Assembly (NCBI RefSeq): GCF_004010195.1
Contig: NC_057749.1
Location: 15,627,690-15,676,438 of the forward strand
Origin: Chiloscyllium plagiosum
Taxonomy: Eukaryota
Length of the DNA stretch: 48,749 bases
Reading direction: 5' to 3'
The notes under the pieces: generated by a model
The model's database searches: none
What the model saw: the letters and a program-made list of their open reading frames with translations, nothing else
Told to the model about the DNA's origin: nothing
Shown here: one piece after another, positions 1 to 11,786 of the stretch
Layout: every line of letters begins with the position of its first letter
Position numbering within the stretch: the first letter of the stretch is position 1
Made by a program: the position numbers and the translations under genes

Positions 1-617
1 GGAGAAGTTATTTGACCTGACAGTGTGAAAGAGCTGAATTAATAGACACAGCTGAAGAGCTTTAGGTTAATGACCGTATCACCATTGATGTTCACTGAGC
101 TTCCCCGGTTAGCTCAGCTGCTTCAAGCCTCTTGTCCTTATGTCACTATCTTTCACCCCGGGAGCTGACTTGGAAAGCAGCCTAAACTGTTGGGTTGGAG
201 AGTCCATTCCATTTTCCAGGGCTAAAGAGTTTGAGCAGTATCAAGCCAATATATAGTGAGAATTGCCCAAGATTTGCCATGGAGTTGTTGTCTGTGGCTA
301 AAATATGCTTCAGTGGGCAGTGCTTAAGACAAGGTGCCAGAGTGCAAAAGCTTTGCTTCCCTCCCATTGCTGAGAGAACAACAGTTATATGTATCCCAAC
401 TCTGAAATGCAAAAGAAAGAGAGAAGGGAAAGAGGAAAGACTTGCATTTCTATACCACCTTTCTTAACCTCCGGGCTCTCTCCAAAGTAATACAATAAGT
501 TATGTACTCTTGTTGTGTAGTTACCATTGCAATGGTGTAGAAGAATTTGTGTTTGCTTTGACTTACGAGGGCAATGAGGGCAGGTTGAAGAGCAGCATGG
601 CTGCAATCTATCAATTA

Positions 618-920
618 TGGCTCAGTTGGTCACATGCTTACATTTGATTTGTAACATTTTAGGTTCAAATCTCACTCCAGGGCTTGAGCACACAACCAAA
701 GTTCCATCTGTCTGCTCAGGTGGATGTAAAATATCCTATCGCACTTTTGCAAGTAAATAAAAAATTACTTGTCACTGATGTGCTACTGTTTGTGTCTGCG
801 GTTTGTTTGATTGCAAAGTGACAATTGCATTTTCCATATTACAAATGTGACTACCCTTCAAAAAGTAATACAGACATCTGGGAGCTGTGGGAAGCACTGG
901 ATAAAAACAGGATTTTCTTT
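618..920 (+). mobile_element. Deu-domain SINE (SacSINE1/AmnSINE-like), degenerate; more copies ~3810-4110 (-), ~5940-6115 (-), ~23130-23370 (+), ~47730-47915 (+)
   Basis: TGGCTCAGTTGGT head, GGTTCAAATC B box, CTCAGGTGGATGTAAAATATCCTATCGCAC Deu-like core. Confidence 0.65.
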
Positions 921-1547
921 TCTTTTTGGATTGGTGTAATGTGGGAAACTTGTGCACAGCAAGCTTCCAAAGGAGAAGTGTGACATTAACCAAATGATAC
1001 GCTTTCCAGTGATAGGGGCTGTCTTTAGCCTTCATGGGAAATGATCTGACTGCAGTAACTGACATTACACAGGCCCACTCAACAGCACAGAATGATCCTA
1101 CAAATTACAGTGAATTATTGTGGGTCTGTTTTTGATTAGCATTATTTAAGAGGGGAATAGCTTTAGATTTGCTGGTGGATGTTAAAAGATGCCATTGGCA
1201 ATATTCAAAGAGTGTACCTGATGTATACGAGGCTGTTGTGTTTGTCTATGTAACAGTTGCCTTTGGAGTATAGAATACAATAATTCAGATGTTCCAGTGT
1301 TTGTGAGCCCTTTTTAAGAAAAGACGGCTTTCTCCCACATTACAACAGTGACTATTCTGGAAAGTACTTCAGTATTGTGAAGTGAATCACAAGGATTCAA
1401 AAGGTAGAAATGCAGTTTATTTCACTATATAGATCCTCCACAAGAGGGATGTCATGGTAATTTGATTTGTGAAGCTATTTAGTTCATTGAACAATTCGCT
1501 GCTGCTATGCAGCACCAGATACTGACGTTTTTGTCTTTTACTGATAG

Positions 1548-1713
1548 CGGTTAATCGAAGAGGAGAACATGTTAGCTACATCTCTGAAGCAATTTTCACT
1601 GCGAGCTGAGATGCTGCCCTCTTACATTCCTGTGAGGGTGGCAGAGAAGATCCTCTTTGTGGGAGAGTCAGTGCAGATGTTTGAGAACCAGAATGTGAAT
1701 CACACCCGTGCAG
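1548..1713 (+). CDS. TUBGCP4: TUBGCP4 coding exon (~human exon 8), 166 bp
   Basis: ttttactgatag|CGG...; RLIEEENMLATSLKQFSLRAEMLPSYIPVRVAEKILFVGESVQMFENQNVNHTRA; G|gtaggg. Confidence 0.95.
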
Positions 1714-2121
1714 GTAGGGCTCCGTGTATGGTGCGTGCCTGATTTTCAGTGGGTCAGGGTAGTGTCCATTATGCTCGCCTATCACACCAGGCTCCGAAAG
1801 GCACTGGGTTCAATGGATCCTCTGCTAGGGCAGCTGATCTCCAGCCATGCACACCATATCATCTGGGAAGCCATATTACTGTAAAATCTATCACTCTGTC
1901 TGAGCACCTGAATGTGGCCTCAGCAATGTCACTCACATCATATGGGCAACTTCAAACAATCACTCCAGTACTGTGGAGCTCGACGGAGGGGATCACAAGC
2001 AGATCACTTATTATTTTAAATAGAAAACTGCTAAGACTGGACTGCGAAACAGAAATTTTGGAAATGTGCAATGATTCTACAGCTAGTATATTAAACTCAA
2101 AAACAAAAGCTTAAGAGTTAA

Positions 2122-2339
2122 TGAAATAACTCCACAGAGGCTGGTTTCCCGTTACTAAGTTACTCTTTATTCACACGTGGTTGACACTGGTCTGGCTCTC
2201 TCAGAGCCAACTCTGACTGAGCAGAATTCCTGACACTTCTGTTCTTACCTGTCAGCCAGGGCTCCCTGATCAGACCAGATTAACTGCCCCAATCAGGGAA
2301 CTCACATTCTATGAGGCTGACCTTATTACAATTGCTACA
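2122..2339 (-). mobile_element. Solo LTR (internally deleted)
   Basis: TG...CA ends, flanks GTTAA/GTTAG (TSD); homologous to 40582-40953 in opposite orientation. Confidence 0.7.
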
Positions 2340-2709
2340 GTTAGGAACAGGTGTATGCCATTCAGCCCCTTTTGTCTGCTCTATCAATCAATAACATGAT
2401 GGCTGACCTGATTTTGGCCCCCATACGCTTTCCTGCTTACCCCTAATACATTTCAACTTGCTTGTCATCTGTCTGCCTCTTCCTGAAAAGTATTCACTGA
2501 CCTACCTCCACTGCTCCCTGGGGAAGAGAATTCCACTGATGGTGAATCTGATGTACCTCATTTCCAGTGATTAACCTGACTTAAAGACATTTTCCAAAAG
2601 CTTCAAGTACCAGATAGGTTAAGTTAAATTTCAGAATTTGCAGGCGTCACTGTCAGTTCCTTACGTACCAAACCGAGTAACGTTGTACATTGTATGTGTG
2701 TCTGTGCAG

Positions 2710-2834
2710 GGTCCATTTTAAAGAATCAGGAGGATGCTTTTGCAGCAGAGCTGCATACACTGAAACAACAGCCCCTTTTCAATCTCGTGGATTTTGAAAA
2801 TCTGATTGACAGGATCAGAAGTACAGTGGCTGAG
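2710..2834 (+). CDS. TUBGCP4: TUBGCP4 coding exon (~exon 9), 125 bp
   Basis: tgtgcag|; GSILKNQEDAFAAELHTLKQQPLFNLVDFENLIDRIRSTVAE; |gtaagg. Confidence 0.95.
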
Positions 2835-3567
2835 GTAAGGGCGTAATCATCAAAGTAATTTGAGACATTTTCATGTGGGTGTTGTTGTGCACTTACCAAT
2901 GTATGCACTGGTTCATGAATCTGCTAGCTTGAACTAGCCCTGATGTTTAAATGAGTAAATCCACTGTCTATACGTGATGCTAAACTCTACAGCCAGGATG
3001 GTCTCAGATCTTCTCAGTCTGTGCTGCATTAGCTGTTCACTGTGCTAACCACATTAATAGTGGGAAGAGAGCGTTTTAAATTCCATAAACTAAATAAAAG
3101 TCAAATGTGCTTACAGCTTACAACTATTGATCGACATAGCCCTGGGTCAAAACAGGGTAAAATTAGTCACAGTTAATGTTCTTCTTTTTAGTGGAGAGAT
3201 CCATGTGAGAAATAGACAATATTTTTGTGGATCTTTGAAGGGGACAGAATTAGGCTTAACTTTAGTGCTGCCACAGTCACTATTTAATGGTCCTGGTTAC
3301 TTGGTGTATTGGAGGGCTGCCTGTCAATGCAATACCTACAAGATCATTCCTCAGAAGGGAGTTGATGCCTTCAGGAACATTGAGTGGGGTGGGGAGAAAA
3401 GAGACTTTAGGCCTGGAGTTGGACTGAGGTGAGTTTTTTTCGGATAGCTGTCGAATTGTGTCCCTGTGTAACTTCATCAGGTGTTAGTACACTCCTGTGT
3501 TTATCTCCATTTGGATGCTTACTTCATAGCATCAAATAACCCTGTGTTTCTCTTTTTGTGTAACCAG

Positions 3568-3618
3568 CATCTATGGAAGTTGATGGTGGAAGAGGCAGGA
3601 CTGTTGGGACAACTTAAG
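3568..3618 (+). CDS. TUBGCP4: TUBGCP4 coding exon (~exon 10), 51 bp
   Basis: taaccag|; HLWKLMVEEAGLLGQLK; |gtaagg. Confidence 0.95.
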
Positions 3619-4756
3619 GTAAGGTTGACCGGTAGTCAACATTCACTTTTTCTGTGGTTCTTAATTATATTGCTTTTAACATATCCCAAAACTTACTGGC
3701 ATTTCTATCAGATCCTTTTTGCTTAGATCCATTCTTGTGTCTGCAGGCTGTAAGAGTATTGCTCATAATCAGTTAATGTGATTTATTGCAAAACAAAAAG
3801 TTTTTAAAAATTCCTTTCATGACCTCAGGACATGTCAAAGCTATCCATAGCCAATGAAATGTTTTTGAAACATGACCACTGTTGTTACATAGAAAATGCA
3901 GCAGCCAATATGCACAAAGCAGTTGATTTTGACCAGGTAATCTGTTTTAGTGATGTTGATTGAGGCCTGTTTATTGGTCCAGGACACTGGAGGGAACTCC
4001 CCTGCTTCGATTTGAAGCAGTGCCATGGGATCTCTTACCTCCGTCTTGAACAGGTATAGCTTCGGTTTATCATCCCATCCGAAATGTGGCATATCTGACA
4101 ATTTCATCAGTACTACTCCAATAGTGTTGTTTTATACAATATATTTAGAAATGCTGATATAATAAGTGCAGGTCTGACAGCATCTGTGGAGAGAAAGCAG
4201 GGTTAACATTTCGAAACAAGTGAGCTTTCTTCAGAACTGGGCCACTGGACTCTGAATGTTAACTCTGTTTCTCTCTCTCCAGCAATTTCTGTTTTTGTTT
4301 CAGATCTTCAGCATTTGCAGTTCTTTGTTTGACTTTAAAGTTTGGCCCATTTGAGATAATGAATTTCCATTTCTCCACGTAGCTGTTAATAGCTGGAGAG
4401 TGGGAGATATCTGAGCATGTGACACACTTGGAGCTGATGCATGTTGTTGGGACTGGCTTTGCTCTGCATTTAATTCACGCTGTAGTTTGTCTAAGAGTGC
4501 TTGATACTGACACCTGATGTCAGGAATTGGAAGTACTGAAATTGTATTGAGTTTCCCAGTACAAAGATCGCTTTTCTATATGGCAAATTCACAAAAGTTT
4601 ATTAGCTTTTTTGAAAAGAGAAACTTAGATGCTTCTGGTGGAAATGTGGCGCTGCAGATTGGCTGCAGTTGAGATGTGATTATTGCCTGCAGTAGTGTCC
4701 AGTGTTTATTAACATTTGAAGTGAATAAAAAGCTTCCACTGTATTTGCATCATGCA

Positions 4757-5060
4757 ATAGAATCGTAGAATTGCCACAGTGTGGAAGCAGGCCATTAGCC
4801 TTATCAAGTCCACAGCAGCCCTCGGAAAAGCATCCCACCCAGACATGCCCTCTATCCTATCCTTGCCACCCTGCATTTCCCATGGCTAATCCACCTAAAC
4901 TGCATATCTTTGGACTGTGGGAGGAAACCAGAGCACCCAAAGGAAACCCATGCCGACACAGGGAGAATGTGCAAACTCCACACTGACAGCCTGACGATGG
5001 AATCGGACCTGGGTCCCTGGTGCTGTGAGGTAGCACAGCTAACCAGTAAACCACGGTGAC
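4757..5060 (-). mobile_element. HE1-type tRNA-derived V-SINE
   Basis: tRNA-like head (GGTTAGC..CCTCACAGCACCAGGGACCCAGGTCCGATTCC), V-domain TGTGGAGTTTGCACATTCTCCC, HER1-like tail. Confidence 0.88.
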
Positions 5061-6450
5061 ACTCTGATGTTTATTTCAAGATTACCTTTGGAGTTGTCCT
5101 GATGCTGAACCTTTAGGATTATATAAATGTGACGTACTGTTGACTAGATTTTCTCCTACATAAGCTGCAAACAAGTATTTGCATACTTTGTCCTCAATAG
5201 AAACCTTTATTTTTCAGTAAAAAGTATTGAATAAGACAGTACATTGCCTTCTGCCCAACCTCAACTCAAAAGCTACTGAAACCCTCATTTATGTCTTGAT
5301 CAGTTACAGACTTGATATTCCTTGTTACATTCTCCTTCATACTTGTTCCACCCCCTCATCCAGGGATCAGCTGTCCATATCCCAGTCACAGATAAGTCCT
5401 ACTGACTGCTTTACCCTACTCCCTTCTCTGAAAGAGGAGAGATTTTCATTTGCAGAGCCCATTTCATAATCTAATGACGTCCTAAAATGTCTAAAAGACC
5501 CTTGCCTGTTACCTATTGTGATACCCACTGCAAATAAACAGTTGACTGTATGCATATACTCAGGTCAATCTCACAGATACAAGACAAAATAATTCCCATA
5601 TTTATTTGTGCGCTTCTCTATAAGAATTTTTAACTGAAATTTAACGTATGGATGAGGATTTGTACTCAGGATAGGACTTATTGTTTATTTTGATGTACTG
5701 GAATAGTTTCTAATGTACTTTAACTAAAGCTAGATTAGTGTGATAGGGTAGTTTTCCTTATGTTATTACTCATTTGTGTGTAATTTTCTTAATGAATGAG
5801 CAATGTTCTCCAAAATGAATAATGCTTATTGATAAATACATTGAAATTGAATGAATGAATGTCCAGTAATATTGGTCAGGAGATAAACGTTGACCAGAAA
5901 AGCAGAGAGTCACCAGTCTCCTGAACACTCCAGTTGGCTACTTAATATCTACCTAAAGAGCAAATGGAGCTTTGATTTACCATTCCACCTGAAAGACAGC
6001 TCCCCTTCCAGTGCAGCGTTCCCTGGGTATCGCAGGGTGAATGTTGGCCAAGACCTATGCTCAAGTCTCTGGAGCGAGACTTCAACTCAGATGTGATAGC
6101 GCTACCTCTGAGCCAAGATAATGTTTGAATGATTCTTTCCAATGATCTCAGGGCTATGGCACAAGCCCTGTCTTCCAGTAACTTTAAACCCTCAAGCTCT
6201 TAATACTCTTCCTCATTGTTAACCAGTAGCTACAGCCTGATGTGCTATAACTTCTGTTCTCAACATTGTAGGAGTGCTCAAAACAAATTTTACAATTGTC
6301 ATTATAGAGAACACTACAGATCAATACTAAGCTATTTCCTTTACTTTCCTTGCATTTCTTTAATTGTATTGGTAAATACAAGTTAGATACTGTTGACTGG
6401 CAGATGTGGACTTCACTAAATATTCAGTTCTGTCATGGGCTGTTTTACAG

Positions 6451-6556
6451 ATAATCAAAGATTTCTATCTGCTGGGTCGAGGGGAACTCTTTCAGGCTTT
6501 CATCGACAGTGCCCAGCATTTACTGAAGACCCCACCAACTGCTGTCACTGAACATG
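6451..6556 (+). CDS. TUBGCP4: TUBGCP4 coding exon (~exon 11), 106 bp
   Basis: ttttacag|; IIKDFYLLGRGELFQAFIDSAQHLLKTPPTAVTEH; G|gtaaca. Confidence 0.96.
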
Positions 6557-8029
6557 GTAACATGAGATTACTAATGGAAGGGAGGGAGGAGGGGTGGGAA
6601 AGCCGGTGTTGGGATCAGAATGCTGGTGTTTATCAGTATGTTTGCTAGTATTCATTTGGCAATATGTATAATAACTGTGAAAGCACAATTTCACCAGAGG
6701 TATGAAGGAGGGGAAATCTTTCTGCATTTGTTTGGGATGGAATTATGCTTTAGAAATTAATCCCTGCAGGTATTTTATCATAATAATATAATTCACATGT
6801 TAGCACTCCAGATATAACACACTGCAGATTCCTTCTCCTCATTTTGCTCTTTTAAGTCTCAGCTCAGTAGATTTCTGCCAGTTAGAAATATTAAGAGATG
6901 AAGACGTTGGAAATAGGAGCAAATCAGCATGAATGGGGGAAGGGACATGTGGGTGCAAGGGGGAGAGGGGCAGAGGGGCATGAATTTGAGACATCTTAGA
7001 CTTCCTTTTTCTGACATATTCTCCCTCAAGATATCGAAGCTCTGGAACCTGAGTTGGCCCTACCTGATTACCACTTCGTGATTGATCTCTTTCAAGATCA
7101 TTGGGCTTCAAACTGTTGAAGTGCCACTCCTGAACCATCTTTGTTTTTCTGCCTCATTCCATATTTTCAGAAGCCTACTTCTGTGACCAGTCATTTCACT
7201 ATTTCTTCTGCCACTAGTCTGTGAGATGTTGTGCATCATCTTCTAAAGAACCTTACAACTGAATGTTGTTATTCACTCCCGCCCTGAGACTTTCACGGAA
7301 GAACTCTCAATCTAAAAAGACTCTTGTCCATTAAGTGTCTTTCTATTCTTTGGTGACTGACTCCAGGAGGATGGTCTTCCAAAGCTGGTGACCATAGCTA
7401 GACTGGCCAAGTTTCTCTGGGGCTGAACTGTACTGCTGCAGCTTCTATGACATCATGTATCTCCTAAACATATCGAACTGAGGTTCAACCTCAGACTGAG
7501 TAGTGATTCAATCGCACAGCCTTCACAGCTGGGTTCTGGCTCTAATTAACACATGAGGCATTACTTTATTTATTACTTGGTTAGCCAAAAATGTAAGTGA
7601 GCTTAATTACATAGTAAATTAATAGACTCTTGCCTATTAGATCTATTCAGATACGGGCTGTGAATAAGCTGTTGACTGCATGCTCACAATTGGGACGTGT
7701 TTTCCCTGTTTTTCCAATGTGACAAATTTCATGAGATTTTTCCTTTTCTTTATATACGCATTTCACTGCCCTTCTATGGTCATGCTTCTGACGTCTATAT
7801 TCTATTAGGTCAGCATGAGTTTCAGTTTGTGAACCCTGTGGTCACGAAGTTGAACTTAAGCGCTTAGATTAGCAAACATTGAACCGAAATGACTGTAAAG
7901 GTTATGGCTCATCAGTACCATTTCTCCGTCACCCAGGAAAGCCACTTCCTGTTAGCATTTAGATGTTTTTATTCTGAACCAAAGATTTTGTTTTTCTCAT
8001 AGGTTTGCAATACAGAAAGGCAAGGAGTA

Positions 8030-8370
8030 ATTCAACAGATAAGGTTACAAGATGGTTTGATAGTGTGTGTAGAGATGGTGTTTCCACTTGCAGGGTGACC
8101 AAAATTAGGGGCCATCAGTATAAGAGAATCGTTAATAAAGCCACTGGGGGAAATTCAGGAAAAAAAGGTTTCTTTATCCAGAGAATGATGAGAAGCTGGA
8201 GTTTGTTTCCACGGGGAGTAGTTGAGGCAAATAACATGGACACATTTGAGAAGAAGCTAGGAAAACACATAAGGGAGAAAGTTCTCAAAAAGTATGTTGA
8301 TTGTGTACATGAAGAGCAAAAGGACGAGGCCCATATGGAGCATAACAACAGAATGATTCTAATGGGTGAG
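8030..8370 (+). mobile_element. Old CR1 3' fragment
   Basis: TKIRGHQYK...FFIQRMMRSWSLFPRGVVEA..DTFEKKL. Confidence 0.7.
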
Positions 8371-8550
8371 GTTCTAGCAGTTCAGTTGGTTTCAATTTTG
8401 GAAAAAGTAGAAAAGCAAGCTTTATAATACCTCAAACTCCAGTATTCATTATTAAACTCTAATCTCTCTCATTTTGGAGATGAGCGCAAATAGGGTTATT
8501 GAATTTCTCCTGAATTGTTTCTCCCCCTTGCCTCTATCACTGCATTTCAG

Positions 8551-8658
8551 ATGTCAATGTAGCATTCCAGAAGTCAGCACACAAAGTGTTGTTGGATGAC
8601 GACAACCTACTCCCACTCCTGCACCTCACTGTCGAGTACCACGGCAAAGACCCAAAAG
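8551..8658 (+). CDS. TUBGCP4: TUBGCP4 coding exon (~exon 12), 108 bp
   Basis: catttcag|; DVNVAFQKSAHKVLLDDDNLLPLLHLTVEYHGKDPK; G|gtaggt. Confidence 0.95.
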
Positions 8659-9037
8659 GTAGGTCAAGGCATGTGCCTCTCTCGATCATTTTGCACAAAC
8701 ATTATTTAATGCCAGGTCTAGGTATACATGTATAGGACCTGTTTCAGATGGAAGTACGCTGGTAAAATGTAGATTCTGTAAAGTTCATCTTCTGTTTGTC
8801 ATCCTTAAATTAGGAAATCAACTCTCCACAGTATTTGAGCTAAAGTCTCACCAATGCTTTGTAGAACTGAAGCATGAAGTCCTTACCTTTATGCTCAATT
8901 CCTCTCATAATAAACGATAGCATTTTATTTGTGTTGACCGTGGAATTAATTTTGTGCTCAGTTATAATTTTCCTGTCAGTTTAATGAATTGTTTTGCCTT
9001 CCACCCCAACTTGCCAATCCTGCCCAACTTATCACAG

Positions 9038-9176
9038 ATACTGCACAAAGCCGTGATAACTCCCTGCGTGAATCTTCCCCTCGTGAAGCCCCTGCTTCTG
9101 GCTGGTCTGCTCTGGGACTCTCGTACAAAGTGCAGTGGCCTTTGCATATCCTGTTTACACCAGCTGTACTAGAAAA
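9038..9176 (+). CDS. TUBGCP4: TUBGCP4 coding exon (~exon 13), 139 bp
   Basis: atcacag|; DTAQSRDNSLRESSPREAPASGWSALGLSYKVQWPLHILFTPAVLEK; AA|gtaagt. Confidence 0.95.
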
Positions 9177-10264
9177 GTAAGTTTACTTTATGTATTTTGG
9201 TTTTTTTGATTGTTGCTGTCAGTTTGAGGAGCACTTCAGTTTACATCGCTGTTTCTGCACCCCCCACCCCCGGCCACTGAACAGCGCAGGTTATATTTGT
9301 TGTTACTGGCACCTTTTCACCACATCATTTGAAGTGTGCTATGCTTCATACCTGCTAACCTAGGCAAGGTGTTCAATGATAGTGGAGGAGTGGAATCTGT
9401 TCCTGTCCTAACCCATTGTTCATCCATGTGCTTTCTAACAGCCATGACTGACTTGATTTCCCCTTCCTAACCAGATGGCTCACTGTGGTAGTGATCTGGA
9501 AATCAACCCCAATGCCTTGTCCAAGGAGTCATCACAAATGTGAAAAGATTTTAAATTCCTCTATTTTTCTGACTAATGAATTCTAGCAAAAAGGAAACAC
9601 TCAACAGATTTCTGTATTTAACTAGTAATTAACTGTTTATTACAGACAAATTGACTTTAACCAAAGGAGTTAGAAAATGTGAATTGCAGCCATACAACTT
9701 TACAACTTAACTCCATACTGTCTCTTCCCCCACTGAGACAGAGAGAGATTTTTCAGTGTTTTCTGTTTGCAGGCTCAGTTGCACTGCCTTGGTCAGGAGT
9801 TAATCAGAAAGCTGGTGTCAAGACATTTTCCGGTAATTTAGACGCAATTGGCTCTGTATGTTGTCTACATCTGCTCTTTCTGTCTGAGGAAGGTGGGACA
9901 TTGTGTACAGCTCACAGTGTTTTCTGGTAAAGGTGAGACTGATTTTTTTGAGGAATAGCAAACTCTCACAGATTGCCACTCCAGCCTTTTCTTAATAAAA
10001 GAAGTGAGCTCTGCATTTCTTACAGGAAATTCCAATCTGAGCTCCTTCAGAAGTAAGTGGAGCCATGTTTCCATTCTGACAGTTCTTTCACAGTGCAAAC
10101 CCATTAGGGAAAAGAAAGCACACCCCCTTTTTCATAGCAGTCAGAGTTAAAGGTCTTGAGTCACTTTGACTGCAACTGTCAAACAGTAAATACATAATGT
10201 AAGTGTGAGGTTAAGGTGATGGCAGTGTAGATTGCCAGATTGATGAGTGCTGCAGGATGTCATT

Positions 10265-10470
10265 GATGCACAAGGATGTGGAGGCCAAGTCACTGAGTGT
10301 GTTTAAGACATAGGTATATAGGACAGAGGTTCTTGATTAGTAAGGAGATCAAGCGTTACGGGGAGAAGGCAGGAGAATGGGATTGAGAAATTTATCAGCC
10401 ATGATTGCATTGCAGAACAGATTTGATGGGCTGAATGGCCTAATTCAATTCCTATATCTTTTGGTCTTTG
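10265..10470 (+). mobile_element. CR1 3' tail fragment
   Basis: GTGGAGGCCAAGTCACTGAG...GATGGGCTGAATGGCCTAATTC tail. Confidence 0.7.
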
Positions 10471-11215
10471 GGTAGATCATGGATACAGAGCAGGGAATGG
10501 GCGTTGTTGGGTCCAGAGTGAGGGAAGGATACTGTCAATTCCAGAGTGGGTGCAGGGTTTTGGGAGGGTGCAGGGGGAGTGTCAGGTCAGGATCTCAGAG
10601 GGTGTAAGCAGTCTGCGGGAGGTGTAGCTGAAATCAAACTCAGGTAGAATGGCTTCTCCCATTCAGTTCGACAGATGAGAGTTCAGCGAGGAGACCCGTT
10701 GTTCACTGTAGAGTTTTCTGTGGTTTAGTGTGTAGCTGAACCATGTTTGATTTCCAGAAATGATTGCAAATATTACATATGAAGTTGCTGTTGGCGGGGT
10801 GGTCGACGGCACAGGCTTTGTTCAATATTTGCTTGTTCTGTAGGAACCTGACTGTCCTCCTGAAATGTTGAAATTGCTTCAAGACAGATATGTCTCCATT
10901 TGCACCCGCCCAGGGTTGTTCTGTTTATCTACTTAGCGTGATTCAATCTACAGGCTCTGAGAATGGCTTTCAGAAAGTCCTAAGTTTAGGACATGTGGGT
11001 TCCTGTGCAACAGTATTGTGAGAACTTTTACATTGATGAAAGAAAGAATAGGGCTTTGATTTAATGTCTTGCCTGAACAAAGACACCTCCTTCAGTATTT
11101 CCTCAGTACTGCGCTGTGAGTGTGGTCTGATTACCTGCCACAGAATGGAAACAAAATCTCTCGAATGCTGGGCTCCGTACGCGTTTCTCACTCTGCCTCT
11201 CATTCTGTCTCTCAG

Positions 11216-11393
11216 GTACAACATTGTCTTCAAGTACCTGCTGAGTGTGAGGCGAGTTCAGGCAGAGCTGCAGCATTGCTGGGCTGTGCAGATGCAACGG
11301 AAACACCTCACTTCAAACAAGTCGGACGCCACCAAATGGAGACTGAGGAACCACATGGCTTTCCTTGTGGATAACCTGCAGTATTACCTCCAG
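11216..11393 (+). CDS. TUBGCP4: TUBGCP4 coding exon (~exon 14), 178 bp
   Basis: ctctcag|; YNIVFKYLLSVRRVQAELQHCWAVQMQRKHLTSNKSDATKWRLRNHMAFLVDNLQYYLQ; |gtaaca. Confidence 0.96.
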
Positions 11394-11558
11394 GTAACAC
11401 AGAATAAATGATCACCTTCAGGGAAATATAATACAGGTTTACAACATGACCAAGGCTTGTATTCCTTGGGATATAGAAAGTTAAGGAGAAATTTACTATA
11501 ACTTTTAGGATTATGACTAAGGTAGATTGAGAGAAACCTTATCCATCTGGTCAGGGAG

Positions 11559-11786
11559 AAAGTGAGGGCTGTAGATGCTGGAGATCGGAGTCGAAGAGTG
11601 TGGTGCAGGAAAAGCGCAGGCGGTCAGGCAGCATCCAAGGAGCTAGAGAATCAGCGTTTTGGGCATACGTCCTTCATCAGGAATCATCAGCCCTTCCTGA
11701 TGAAGGGCTTATGCCCGAAACGGCAATTCTCCTGCTCCTCAGATGCTGCCCGACCGCCTGCGCTTTTCCAGCACCACTCTTTTCGA
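11559..11786. mobile_element. Penelope-like terminal repeat pair in inverted orientation, with a hammerhead core
   Basis: ~95-bp inverted arms 11590-11683 / 11694-11787; TSD CATCTG(G/C)TCAGGGAG at 11544-11558 and 11787-11801. Confidence 0.75.
11694..11727 (+). ncRNA. Minimal hammerhead ribozyme-like motif, cleavage triplet mutated
   Basis: ttc-CTGATGA-A-GGGC(ttat)GCCC-GAAA-CGGC (sister copies have CGTC). Confidence 0.5.

Noticed and set aside
155..185. CTTGGAAAGCAG (LGKQ) resembling GCP4 LTGKQ of the previous exon
   Set aside because: In-frame stops, no following LRELQDL and no donor site
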